Below, piece after piece: positions 1-12,756 of a DNA stretch of 64,000 nt. The stretch's first letter is position 1; each line of letters begins with the position of its first letter. The translations under genes and the position numbers were made by a program. The stretch comes from Mobula hypostoma (lineage: Eukaryota). The notes under the pieces were generated by a model. That model searched no databases and was not told the origin of the DNA. It was given only the letters and a program-made list of their open reading frames with translations. The stretch covers positions 224,876,001 to 224,940,000 of the forward strand of contig NC_086097.1 of the NCBI RefSeq assembly GCF_963921235.1, given 5' to 3'.

Positions 1-459
1 CTAGGTGGAATATATGGTGTTGCTCCTCAACACTGACGGTGGCCTCAACTTGACACGAGAGGAGGCCAGGGACATAATCAATAAAGGCCTTGAAAATGGG
101 GGAAATACAAATAGTGATTGAGAAAGAATAATTTGCACGGATATAGAGGAAGTGCAGGGGAAATGAGATGGACAGATTTGCTCCACTGGAAGCCAGCACA
201 ATTTCATAATTTCATGATTTACAGATGCTAAAGAAACATGGCATAGAGATGAATGAGAAGCAGATCTTCTGAATAACATGTTACAAATTGTCAAATTTCA
301 AAGACTAATTTCTCTCAATCCTCTCGGCAGCAGTATCTAATTCAGAAGATCTGATTCAAACTGACATTTTTGTTCAATGAAGTTAGTGTCTGCAGGGATC
401 ATTGGGTCCTAAAATTTATTTAGTATATTGGGTTTGTTAAACTTTAGGGAATTCATGTA

Positions 460-1030
460 TAAGGCCATAAGACATAGGAGCAGAATTAGGCCATCTGGCC
501 CATCGAGTCTGCTCCGCCATTCAATCATGGCTGATCCTCTTTTAAAAATCTCCTCCTCAAATTCGGTTCCACGACTTCTCCACATAAACCTTTTTTATTG
601 CCATGTTCAATCAAGAACCTATCAACCTCTGCCTTAAATACACCTAATGACCTGACCTCCACAGCTGCATGTGGCAGCAAATTTCACAAATTCGCCATCC
701 GTTGGCTAAAGAAATTTCTCTGCATCTCTTTTGAAAGGGTGCCCCTCTATCCTGAGGCTGTGCCCTCTTGTCCTAGACTCTCCCACCATGGGAAACAACC
801 TTTCCACATCTACTCTGTCTAAGCCTTTCAACATTCGAAATGTTTCAATGAGATCCCCACTCATCCTTCTGAATCCCAGCGAGTACAGACCCAGAGCCAT
901 CAAACGTCCCTTGTATGATAACCCTTTCATTCCTGGAATCATCCTTGTGAGCCTCCTTTGGACCCTCTCCAATGCCAGCACATTTCTTCTAAGATGACGG
1001 GCCCAAAACTGTTCACAATACTCAATACTC
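460..1030 (-). mobile_element. CR1/HER1-like LINE 3' fragment
   Basis: ORF 706-1032(-) EYCEQFW...LERVQRRLTRMIPGMKGLSY...GDLIETF...SRTRGHSLRI is the CR1 ORF2 C-terminus; 3' tail near 460-500. Confidence 0.9.
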
Positions 1031-1875
1031 ATCGAGTCTGGTCTGCCATTCCATTATGGCTGAGTTATAATCCCTCAGTCACATGTTCCTGCCTTCTCCC
1101 CATAATATTTGACACCCTGACTAATCAAGAACCTCTCTACCTTTGCTTTCTACAGCTGTACGTGGCAAAGAATTTCACAAATTCGCTACTGTCTGGCTAA
1201 AGAAATTCCTCCTCATTTCTGTTCTAAATCGATGTCCCTCTATTCTGAGGCTCTGCTCTCTGGTTCTAGATTCTCCACGAAAAGAAATATCTCCACATCC
1301 ACTCAATATCCAATGGGTTTCAATGAGATTCCTCCCTCATTCTTCTAAATTCCAGCGAGTACAGGACTAGAGCCATAAATAGTCCTAATTTATTAACCTT
1401 TTCATTCCTGGAATCAATCTTGTGAGCCTCCTCTGGATCCTCTCTAATACTAGTACATCTTTTAGATAAGCTGTCCAAAACTGCTCACAATACTTAAGTG
1501 CAGTCTGACCAATATCTTATAATGCTTCAACATTACATCGTTGCTTTTATATTCTATTCTTAAAATGAATGCTAAGACTGCATTTGCCTTCATTTACCTG
1601 CAGGTTAATCTTTAGGAAATCTTGCACAATGACTCCCAAGTCCCTTTGCACCTCTGATTCTTGAATTTTCTCTTCACTTAGAAAATAGTCTATGACTATT
1701 CCTTCCACTAAAGTGCATGCCTATACACATCCCTAAGATATATTCCACCTGCCACTTCTTTACTCATTCTCCTAATCTGTCTAAGCCGTTCTGCAGGCCC
1801 CCGACTACTTCAACACTACTTGACCCTCCCCCTATCTTCATATCATCGGCAAACTTGGCCACAAAGCCATCATAT
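1030..1875 (-). mobile_element. Second CR1-like LINE fragment (RT to 3' region, degenerate)
   Basis: Resembles 460-1030; KFADD motif on minus strand at ~1842-1856 (tcatcggcaaactt). Confidence 0.8.
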
Positions 1876-2679
1876 CCTTGGATATGATCTGCATTGCTCT
1901 AGAGACATGCTAAAACTGATCGGTTTCCTCCTGGAAAAATTGCCTTCCTTGATAGATGATAAAATATAGTTTAAAAAAAAAAGCCATTCCACTTCGGAAA
2001 GCTGTAGTCTAGTTCTTTAAACTGGCAGTGATATCTCTGGATTACAGTGTTGCTCTGATGACTGACACATGGCTTCATTTAATAAGCTTGCCAAATGTGC
2101 AGCAGCCAGAAAGCTTTTAGATACCCTTGAATGGGAAGAAGTAAAGAAAATACTGACTTTCCCCAAGAAAATAAGTTTTGAGTGATATTAAACCAGGGAT
2201 TCCTAACCTTTTTTTCATGCCAAGGACCAATACCATTCAGCAAGGGGGCCCTGCAGATGGATGACTGAAAAGCAAATCACATCAGACCTACAGTGATGTA
2301 GTTGACACGTTACATTAAATTCTAACCTGGGTTCTAAATATTACAAAGCAGTAGCTGGATACTCTGTGCTGGCATTCCTCCTTGCCATAGCTGTGGCAAG
2401 TTTTACTATATTTGGAGTTATTGGAAACCCTTGTTTAGTTCTGGTCATATGATTTTTGGTATTGTGTGTCATCCTAACCGATCAATTGTGCAATGTTACC
2501 ATGTTATTGTTAATTCCATTCAGTTGCAATGAATTTTAATAGGAACGGCGATGTGCAATGGGGCTATTCTATCTCTTAGTTTGCTTGATGACTTGACCTG
2601 GTTTGACCTGCAATGCCTGACTGGTGTTAACATGGTACAATATTACACAGGATTAAACTGTATAGTGAGACATGAGATA

Positions 2680-2840
2680 TGGCAGATTCTGGAAATCTCA
2701 AGCAAACGCTACTGGAATTTGGCAGGTGAGGCAGTATCTATGGAGTCCTGAGAAAGGATCTTGGTATGAAACGTTGACCTTTCATTTTCCTCCATAGATG
2801 CTGTCTGACCCGCTGAGTTTCTCCAGCATTTTGTGTATGT
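2680..2840. mobile_element. Degenerate Penelope-like 3' terminus, inverted pair
   Basis: Both halves resemble the terminus at 39725-39825 in opposite orientations (ggcagtatctatggag / ctccatagatgctg). Confidence 0.6.
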
Positions 2841-3155
2841 TAAAACAGTACATTCTCTACACTAACAAAGCAGCAACCATATCGCAAGTTTGTTACCCAA
2901 ATCTACACCATGATGCTTTTATACTCATTAATATCTTGTGCAAATAAAGAAATGGTGGAATGTATTACAGTAAGAATCACACAAGATCATTTTGGTAATG
3001 ATAAACGTGGAACACAGAACAGTCAGCACAGGAATAAGTCCTTTAGCCCATGCTGTCTGTACTAACCATGATATCAATTAAACTAATTCTATCTGCCTAC
3101 ACATTGTCTGCATCTCTCCATTCCCTGCCTATTCATGTGCTGTGTAAGTGTCTCA

Positions 3156-3884
3156 AGGCTGATTTATACTTGTGCGTCAAGTGTATGCTGTAGGCACGGC
3201 GTAGCCGCGTACCCTACGTCATAGATTAACGCGCACCTCTCCCAAAATGTAACTATGCATTGCGGCGATGCAGACCGAATCAACTGTGATTGGTCCACTT
3301 GGTAGCATCGCATTTCCTCCTATGCTACAATAGCTTCCCATTGGGCGACTGAAGGGCAGGGAAGGAACCCTGGCTGCAATGCTTTCCATAATGCTTTAAA
3401 GACCTCCAAAATTATGGATGACCCTGTACTTGTTGTCAGTTTGTAGCTAGCTGCTACAGCCTGTTGACTTCCACCTGAAGCTAAAACCCAAATGGTGATT
3501 GCCAGTCTGAGTATACTGTGCGTACACTGATGTGAAATAAATGGTTGGAGACGATGAACCAAATTGTTAAATCTACCTGCTGACATCCGAAAATATTTGA
3601 AATGCATTTCCTCGTCCGTGTCTCTCAGTGGCCGGACAAGCACAGAAAATTCACCCTCCTTCAGTTTCAGTCGCCATTGTTTTAAGTTTGAGTTTCTTCA
3701 CGTTGAGTTTCAACACATAGAAACTCAACACAGTGGCATAGAAACCCCACCGCCAACTAGTGTTTTGGCGGTGAATTTCAGAGTGATGCAGACACACCAA
3801 CACACAGGTATAAATGCTCACAACGGCGTAGCCCACTTGCGTAGGCTACTTCGTAAGCTAGTATGCACAAGTATAAATCAGCCT
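3156..3884 (-). mobile_element. PIF/Harbinger DNA transposon, internally deleted, inserted in a CR1 3' fragment
   Basis: TIRs AGGCTGATTTATACTTGTGC...GCACAAGTATAAATCAGCCT; ORF 3320-3643(-) FRMS...[13 protein letters not shown]...II.EV.KALW...P....W resembles a Harbinger transposase N-terminus. Confidence 0.85.
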
Positions 3885-5847
3885 TTGCACAGTGTATTTA
3901 TATCTGCCCTCACCGCTTCCTGTGGCAGCACATTCCAGGCACCTACCACTGTGTAAAATAGAAAATTGCCTCGTAAATCTTCTATGAACTTTCCCATTCT
4001 CACCTTAAACCTGTGCCGTCTTTAATTTGAAACTGAGTGTATAAAATTTAGTTGGTGTTAAAGGTTCCAGAAAATTACAAAAAGCATCATTAGTGGGTGG
4101 GAACAAAATATTAGAAAGTAATGCAGGGTTTGATTTACAACAAAAAATTGAAGTCAGGAAGTTTCTGAAACTTGAGCAGTGACAGTCATTGGCACATTAT
4201 ACGTTGAACCTATTAATATTAGAAATCCAGAGTAATGTGCATAATTACTATAAAAATAGTTTCCACATTATAAGCACTCTATTGATTTTACTATAATAAC
4301 AGTATTTTCATAAAAGAAATTAAAAAATATATCTTTTTTCAGATAAGTTCTTCACAGGTTATAAATACCTGACTTATGTACAGCCCATATATATGAATGC
4401 ATGTTTGGGAGGTGTGCACGATTGATTTGCCAGCTGTTATGGAGCTGCTGTTTGCTTCTGTCATACAGGAACTTGCAGCCACGTTCACGACTTGTGTACC
4501 TCTTCACGTTCTGAGTAGTTCATAGGAACAGAAGCAGGTCGTAACCTGGGGAGGAGCTGTGTTACTAAATCAGGTTTAGTATCACAATGAACTTTGCTGT
4601 CATTGAATTACTTTGGAGTTTGGTCATTGTTCTGAGGTCAGATGTAGCAAACAATTTCTGCAAAGCAAGGTCTTGTGATGTGAAAATGAATCAGTAAACT
4701 TGTTTCACGTGGGGTTGCCTATAGAAGGACTGTTGAACAAAACTTCAACTTTGAATTTATAAGATTCAGTCAATGAAAGCCTCAGTTTAATGTCTTATCA
4801 GGAAAATGGTATTTCAGTACTGCAACTAGTTTTGGCCCAGATAACTTCATATGTCAGTAGTGTTGCTTAAGTCCACCATCAGCAACTGTGCAAATCTAAA
4901 AAGCGTTTTAAAATAATTCAGCTTGCTTTAACTTGCAACTTAGAGCTGATTATTTATTAGCTGTTTTCTTCAGTCAAAATGTCCTAGGAAATTTTAGAAA
5001 CGTTAGGCTCAGAGAATTTTAATTGAGTTTGCATTGGCACATGGTATAACGTTGTCTTGCACTTAGGTCAACAGTTAATGTACCATTATGTACTAGGTAT
5101 CTTTATGTGAACGTTGAATTGATTAGCAGTTACATTGATTATTAAAACTTATCGGTTATTTTAATTAACTACAATCTTGAAGAAATCCTGAGGTGGCTGA
5201 GTTGTGGACTGTTATGATTTGTAACTCTAAAACCTATAAGTAATTGAAAGAAAACCAAGGGAGCTTGAGAGATGTGTGTAAACTTCATTTTTACTTTGAG
5301 TGAGGTACACACATGTGGCTTGATGTATATATTCTCCGTTGTGGTTGTAGGAGTTGATTCTGGGACTTCAGGAAATGGTTTTGACAGCTCTGGACTCCTT
5401 GCTGGTTGTTGTATTTCACTGTTATGAATGTTATTCCCGCAGGAGATATCTTTCCTCCCGTATAACTTTTTGGTTGGATATTAGCAGGCTTCAGTTCAGT
5501 ATCTTTGAAATGCTGTTCAACTTCATTTTGCAGAATAAGTGAAACAGCCAAGCCTTTGTCCAATTCTATTTGAATTAATTTGCTGTTCACTTCTATGTAA
5601 GTCACATTGCTTGTCTATTGATTTCACATTGTATTTCTCAAGGCCACTCAGTCTTCTGTGTTACTCTATTATTATCAGATTTTTCAACAGCAGGCAGATT
5701 AGTGCTCATTTTAAAACTACAACTTGACTACTTATCTGTTTCTCTTCCTTGTGTAGTCCATTTATTTTTGTCTGCCCAATATGCTCTTTGTACGTCTTGT
5801 GCTTTTTTTTTTGCTAGTTTCATGTTTAACCCTGCATTGGTCTAGTG

Positions 5848-6864
5848 CAGGGGTGGCCAAACTTTTGCATTCCATGCATCAATTTTTTCACACGAGTTCA
5901 GATGCGCCATACAACTCTTGTACCCCCATTCAATTCTTGTAAAAATATGTTAATATAGACATATTTAGCATTTTTACATGATGTATTGATTTAATATAAA
6001 AACAAGATGAACATTAATGAGACTTTTAACAAATATATTTTGTCTTCTTTTGATTTCTTCCTTTTTCTTAATCACATATTCTTTCCGTAACTTGGACCCA
6101 AGTACTAACTTCAGTTTCCCTTCTATTTCAGTCTGATGTTGTGTTTTATAGTGTCTATTAAGATCATGTCTTCCATTATGTGAGAAAGTGTTTTCACAAA
6201 CAATGCACAACAGTTTTCCTGACAGACCCGCTATAAATAAGAACTCATTTTCCCACTGTTCATTGAATTCACGCTTACTGTCACTTCCTGCTTTTCTTTT
6301 GCTCATTTTCTTTTGCACTGTGATAGGTAACTGAATGTAAAAACAAGGCTTAATTTTCAAAAAAGTACAAAACTGCAACTGTTCACAAAGGACGGACAAA
6401 GCACAACTCTGTAGCGCACAAGTATAGACTGACTGGCAAAAACCTGCGACACACCGCTGGTGCAGATGCCTGGTGCCTCAGGATCAAACAAGTATCAAAT
6501 GTGTATTGAACAGTTATGGAATGACTGCAGAACAAAAGTTCTTTCCTAGTTTGACTCATTGAACATTTTTAAAATTGACAACAGATTAATGTGAAAGAAA
6601 ATAACATTCGCCAAAAGATGTGCATGAAATAATAAAATCGCTAAAAATAATTGCTAAGTTTTAGATTTATTCTCAGTAAAACTCATTTCTAGATCTAAGC
6701 TACTTGAATTCCTGTTAGATATTTTTTCTACAAATCAGTTTTTGGTTAATACTTTTTGCATGGGTAGACTTATTTTTTTAAAATTATCACTGGGGTGCAA
6801 TGCGTCACTTCTAATCATCCAATGTGCCACTTTTGGCGCATGTGCCATAGGTTGGCCATCCCTG
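5848..6864 (-). mobile_element. hAT (Charlie/SPIN-like) non-autonomous transposon keeping the transposase N-terminal Zn-finger region
   Basis: TIRs CAGGGGTGGCCAA...TTGGCCATCCCTG; perfect 8-bp TSD GTCTAGTG (5840-5847, 6865-6872); ORF 5974-6399(-) REFNEQW...CIVC...LNRHYKTQH. Confidence 0.9.
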
Positions 6865-7617
6865 GTCTAGTGTATGTGCACACCTGGTACAACAGTCTCA
6901 ATATATTCAGCCAGGCAGGTTTTTTTGTGTTGCAATTTTGTTCATGCTCACCTTCATTCTCAACTGCAACACATTGTGTCTCTCTCTGCTGTTTCCATTG
7001 CTTCAGCTGTTTCAACTGCTCTTTTAAATGTAAGTTGTGCTTCAAGTAGGAACCATTTTTGAAGGCTTTCTTGTGGGATTCCATAAACTAAACAATATCT
7101 CAGTTCATCATTAAGCCAATCACTGGACTGACAAGGCTCACAATCTTCCATTCAATTGCAGTTCCAGTGTTCATGTATCACTTTTACAATAGCAGCAAAG
7201 CTCATTTCAGCTGATTTGGTTGGAGCAGTTAAACCTCTAAGCAAAACTGTATTCCTTTAAACCCAATGCACTCAGCAAAACTGGCACTCGCTTTTCATTT
7301 GCTATTTCATTTGCTTCCAAATAGTACAAAATCTTATCTCTTGTGCAATTTGACATATCAATCTTTCTGATGTAGCTAGCCAATCTTTTTTAAAATTTAT
7401 GATTATTATCACCCAGTACTCTGTTAATGAATCCGTGAATTTATCTGTTTTCTGCCTTTTTAAAAAAAAATCTCGACTGACTGACCCTTCCCAAAGTAGC
7501 ACGTGTTGAGCTATTTTTAACTCTAACATCTCGCTATACTTTTTATAACTATAATGTCTTTCTGCGCTCTAACAGGCAAGTAGTCATCTCAGGTTCATTT
7601 AAAACTTGTCAACATTG

Positions 7618-8091
7618 CAGACATCCCATCTCTCCTGGAAGTTCCGAGAGTCTTCCGCATATTAATAGTGGCTCCCTGATGTCTGCAAATTATATACAAT
7701 GACCCAGAAATCAATTTTTTTGAGAGCGAGAGAGCATGCCATGGCAAAGTGTTCCGAAAAAAGAAAATATAAAACGTACGTCACCCCACACTACACTAAC
7801 GTGTACCCCGCCTAATAGGGGTCAAAAATAATGAGTGTTGCTTGCTGCACTGTTTGCAACAGTGACTTTTCCATTGCCCATGGTGGGTTAAGACTGTAAA
7901 AGACTTGTTGAGGTGAGTTTAACAGGTGTCATTCGTTCATTAGCATAGCTAACGTTATTTAAACTAGCTGGCTAGCTGCTAAGGAGCTACGCTATTGCAG
8001 ACATCCCACCTCTCCCAGAAGTTGCGGGAGTCTTCCGCAAATTGATGGTGCTACCTCCCTGAAATGAGTTTTTTGCAGGGTGGGATATCTG
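7618..8091. mobile_element. Non-autonomous TIR element (hAT-like MITE)
   Basis: Termini CAGACATCCCA...TGGGATATCTG; ACATTG on both flanks; left end repeated internally at ~7998-8060. Confidence 0.7.
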
Positions 8092-9638
8092 ACATTGTTA
8101 CATTTTTAAACTCTAAAATGTAAACCTAATTGAAAGAAAAACAAGGGTGTCTGAGAAATGTGTGTAAACTTCATCTTTCCTTTAGCAAGGCATGCACGTC
8201 TGATGTGGTGGTGTGATGATGTACGCCATTCACATACTTTTGCATATAACCCATAATGCATGATGTAAACAACAAAGAATGCTTAATCAAATAATATATT
8301 TACAATATTACTCAAATACTGCCAAAATATTAAATACACAACCTGAAAGGTTATAATGTGAGGCACTATCTTAAGAAGATATCAGGAGCAGTTCCTCAGA
8401 TGTTTAGGAACAGATTCCCATTATATTCCTGTTGCTGTTTTCTGAGAAGTCTTACCAGCATCTTGATGAATGATTATTGACCTTGTGCTCTCTCCTAACA
8501 GCAATCATTTGAATAGAGTGATCAAGGTCTTAATGAAAATTTGAAGTATCTCTTAAGGTATATCACAATTTATTATTCACCTGTTGTTGAAAGTTCATGG
8601 ATTTTCCGAGATTTTTTTAAAATCAGGATTTCTATAATAATCAAAAGTTATCTCAGACATTTCATGAGCTTCACTTGAACATTGCTGTACTCTGGAACTT
8701 GATGTTATTGGAGACAGTTTATAAAACTATGTTTTGGGTATAACTATGTTTTGGGTATAAAACTATTTTGCATCCTATTATGATTACCATGGTTTAGGAA
8801 AGAGTGGAAGGTCTCAGAAGGTGCGGAGGAAACGTAAAGGGTTGTTTATGGTAATGAAGGACTTTGGCTCAGCAGAGTGCCACAGTTAATGTGCAGCTGT
8901 TGTCTCTTATCTGCAATCTCCTGTGCTGCCTGCAGGAGTTTTCCTGCTCTCCCCATAACTGTGCTCTTCCTTTGGATGTTCAGGTTCCCTCCATATGTCG
9001 AAGAAATGTAGGTTATATTAGAGACTGCAAATTGCCCTAGTGTGGGTGAGTGAACAAAGAATGTAGAACAGTTCAGCTCAAGGACAGGTCATTCAGCATG
9101 TGATGTGCTAAAATAACTAAGACAATGACATCTAATTAAACAAATCCATTCTGTCTGCACATGGTGCACATCCCTCTATTCTCTGCACATTCATGGTATC
9201 TGCCTCCATCACCACCTCAGCAGTGCATTCCGGGCTCTCTATATTTATTTTTGAAAGCGCTTACTCCCTCATGCCTCATTTGAATTTTACCCCCTCATCT
9301 TAAATACATGGCCTCTAGTATTAGATATTAGTATTAGGAAGAAAATAATGGCTGGGTATCTATGCCTCACAATCTTTTAAACATCTAACAGGTCTCCCCT
9401 TAGTTCCAGAGGAAACCACCTGAGTTAAACATAAATAGTTGTAATATTTTTTGCCAGAACTAACATAACTGCATTGCTTCTGCATGTGTGGTCATTGAAT
9501 TCTCTTTCTCTTCAGTGGAAGAGAAAGAACATTAGTATTCTCTGTGTTCAAGTAAGATGCATGACTAACTGGTTTGCTGTTTGCAGATAAAGTGAACTCT
9601 TCAGTGACTCTTAGATGCAGAAAACAATGAAGACATTC

Positions 9639-9915
9639 TATACTCAATGGCCACTTTATTAGGTACACCTGCTCATTACTGCAAATATCTAATCATGTGG
9701 CAGTAACTCAATGCAGGAAAACATGCAGATGTGCAAATGTGTTTAAGAGCTTCAGTTGTTGTACAGACCAAACATGGGGAAGAAATGTGATCTAAGTAAC
9801 TTCGTGGAATGCTTTTTTGCCAGACAAAGTGGCTTGACTATCTCAGAAACTGTTGATCTCCTGGGATTTTCATACACATCAGTTTCTGGAGTTTACAGAA
9901 AAAGGTGCAAAAACC
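9639..9915 (+). mobile_element. Tc1-family transposon 5' fragment
   Basis: TIR-like actcaatggccactttattaggtacacc; degenerate transposase start MGKKCDLS...LTISETVDLLGFSYTSVSGVYR. Confidence 0.7.
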
Positions 9916-10889
9916 TTTCAAAACTCTCTTGATAGGGTATTGAAAGTTAGCTTGTTTAGACTTTCGAAACAAGCCCCATTTCGTAAAGATATTGGCTCAG
10001 ATTTTGCTGACTGGAGACCATGTCCACACCTACTGCTGAGATATGATTTATCCTTGCAGTTAACATGCAAAAAAAAAACTTGTGTAACAACAGCTGCCTG
10101 GATTGTCTGGTGTACCCTGTATGGGATGAAACAAACCCATAAACTTTCAAAAACCATTGAAAGTGCATAGTAATTATAGATCAAAAATTTAAATTGCCTG
10201 AGCATTTGCACAATTCTAAGTCATAAAACCATTTCTGTAAATGCATATAATAAAAATGTAGTCATGTATACCACCTCACAGCTGTAAAATGTATTAATTG
10301 AATGAAGATGTATGAATCCTGTACCAGGCATAATCTTGTATAGCATCTTTTGGATCATAATTTCAGATTCACCTCCTGTCAACATATTCGAGGCTGTTTT
10401 TGGAAATGCACGTACTTGGGTCATATACATGGGTAAAGGCCATTGACTACAAATCTATCAGCAGGTTCTGGAACATTGTACCTTAAAGAGAGAGAGGCGA
10501 GGGAGTGTGGGGGGTGGGGGGGGAAGAGAAATCTTTGTTGCTGTGTGTGGCTGGGGGAGGGGCTATGGCAGGTGATTTATAAGATGTAATTCCTCCCTCA
10601 GTGTTTAATATTAATGTTGACTTCCTATGTTTTAATTCACAGTTTGCAACTCCTTGATCTGCAAACATATGGTTCCCACTCAGTCTTGTGGTTAAGTTTT
10701 TCAAAATGCAAATGGAATGGGTATTTTGAAGCGGTTTCTCACAACATCCAGTTATATTTTAGACTGAAGTACATCTTCCCTTTGAGCAATTATTGTTCAG
10801 AATAGAGATTTTAAATATAAAATGGCCTTTCAGAACAGGAACCTATTGTAAAGTGTCATAATACAGAAATATTAGCGAACAAAAGATGT

Positions 10890-11200
10890 CCTTTTAGGAA
10901 GGATGTGAAAGTTTTAGAAAGGGTGCAGAGGAGATTTAGCAGGAAGCTGCCTGGATTAGAGCTGCATGTCTTGTGAGGATAGGTTAAGCAAGCTGAGACT
11001 TTTCTCTATGGAGCAAAGGAGGATGAGAAGTAACTTGATGAAGGTATACAAGATGGTAAGAGGCATAGATTGAGTGCATAGCCAGAGAATTTACCCAGAG
11101 TGGAAATGGCTAATAGCAGGTGGCATGATTTTAAGATGTTTGGAGGAAAGTTTAGGGGTGTTGTTAGAGGTAATATTTTTGCAGAGTACTGGGTATGTGT
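10890..11200 (+). mobile_element. CR1-like LINE fragment
   Basis: aggaaggatgtgaaagttttagaaagggtgcagaggagattt (RKDV..LERVQRRF). Confidence 0.75.
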
Positions 11201-11969
11201 TTTACATCCTTGGGTATATCCAAGCTGCCATTAAGTAGGTAGATGAAATGCAGAGGGAAGACTTTGGTCATGGCTTTTCTAGTTTGAAAGACTGTTGCCT
11301 TTCAAGGTGGATAAAGTCGTGCTGATTTCCTCTCCTCAGGATCTTTCTCAGTGACTGTAGAAGGTGTCTAGTCCATTTTCCAATTTGTTACTTGCCACAT
11401 CAGAGAAATCTGCCAGGTACTATTTGTATGGGGAGATCACCTCATCTTCATTCTGGGAGAAATGGGTGAAATTTGTCTTTGGACATGATGCATGAATATT
11501 GACTGCTGGTAGGAATTCAGGTCAATTAGTTAATCGCCAAAATATTGGATCCATTCTTACCTATTTTACTGCACAAATTGAATGCAAAAATTGTCTTTGA
11601 TTAATATTTAGAATCAATGAATGTGCCTCACAGCATCCTTGAGTGTGGCCATTCCTCAATGACCTCATTTCATGTTCATAAAAGCCCACCTTAACAACCT
11701 GGACATCCACATCCACGGGAAAGGTTTCCACTCCCTCAACATTCCGGTGGTTGTGGGTTACTTTCCTCCTGTTATTTATCTCAATGTCAAATTTGCTGAG
11801 TCTCCTTCAACACATTTTTAGCCCTTCTCCCTCTATCCTGTAGCCTCAGCCTCTAGAACAGTAGCCTTAGTTTGTGTTGGTCACTGACTGCTTTCAGGGT
11901 GTGTCTCTAATGGCCAAAGTCCTTCTGATTGATGTGAGGCAAATTGTTACAAGCTGCATTCACTTGAGC

Positions 11970-12282
11970 TTAGAACATAGAATAGTAAAACACAGTACAG
12001 GCCCTTTGGCCCACAATGTTGTGCCGACCCTCAAACCCTGCCTCCCATATAACCCCCCACCTCAGATTCCTCCATATACCTGTCTAGTAGTCTCTTAAAC
12101 TTCACTAGTGTATCTGCCTCCACCACTGACTCAGGCAGTGCATTCCACGCACCAACCACTCTCCGAGTAAAAAAAAAACCTTTCTCTAATATCCCCCTTG
12201 AACTTCCCACCCCTTACCTTAAAACCATGTCCTCTTGTACTGAGCAGTGGTGCCCTGCAGAAGAGGTGCTGGCTGTCCACTC
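11970..12282 (-). mobile_element. CR1-like LINE 3' end
   Basis: TRGHGFKVRGGKFKGDIR in ORF 12131-12322(-); tail agaacatagaatag. Confidence 0.8.
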
Positions 12283-12467
12283 TTGGTTCATTGGGTATCA
12301 CGAAGTTTGCCTTTTGGCCCAAGTTTCTTCAACCAAACACTATTTCTATTGCTTCTTGCAGCAAGGTAGTTTTTTTTTTGCTAAATTAACATATTTAATG
12401 CATCAGCAAAGAGAGGAAATCCAATTTCTCTGATGTTGGCATGAGAACGTCAAAGTGTCTCATGGGG

Positions 12468-12756
12468 ACAAATGAACCAGCAAGTTTGTGAGGTGTGGAG
12501 CACATGAAGGAAAATGCACAGGTTCATGGGGAGAACATGCGAACTCCACACAGAAAGCACGCAAAGTCAGGATCAAACCCAGGTTACTGGAGTGATCCTG
12601 ACTGGTGCAGCTGGTGAACTTGCTCCCTCATAACTCCAGTGACCTGGGTTTGATCCTGACTGTGTGCTTTCTGTGTGGAGTTTGCATGTACTCCCCATGA
12701 ACCTGTGCGTTTTCCTTCATATGCTCCACACCTCACGAACTTGCTGGTTCATTTGT
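12468..12756. repeat. ~125-bp inverted repeat derived from an HE1/V-SINE-like element
   Basis: Arm 12468-12593 is the near reverse complement of 12633-12756; 39-bp spacer. Confidence 0.85.

Larger units (their letters stand above)
5210..8342 (-). mobile_element. Ty3/Gypsy LTR element, short-LTR family, copy A (gag/protease remnants, most of pol deleted)
   Basis: LTR-like 5210-~5330 and 8096-8342; protease-like IELD.G.AVSLI in ORF 5291-5605(-); gag-like LLEAQLTFKRAVETAEAMETA in ORF 6960-7151(-). Confidence 0.8.

Noticed and set aside
5974..6399. Host GTF2IRD2/EPM2AIP1-like gene
   Set aside because: It lies between TIRs with a perfect TSD and lacks the catalytic domain; a transposon remnant.
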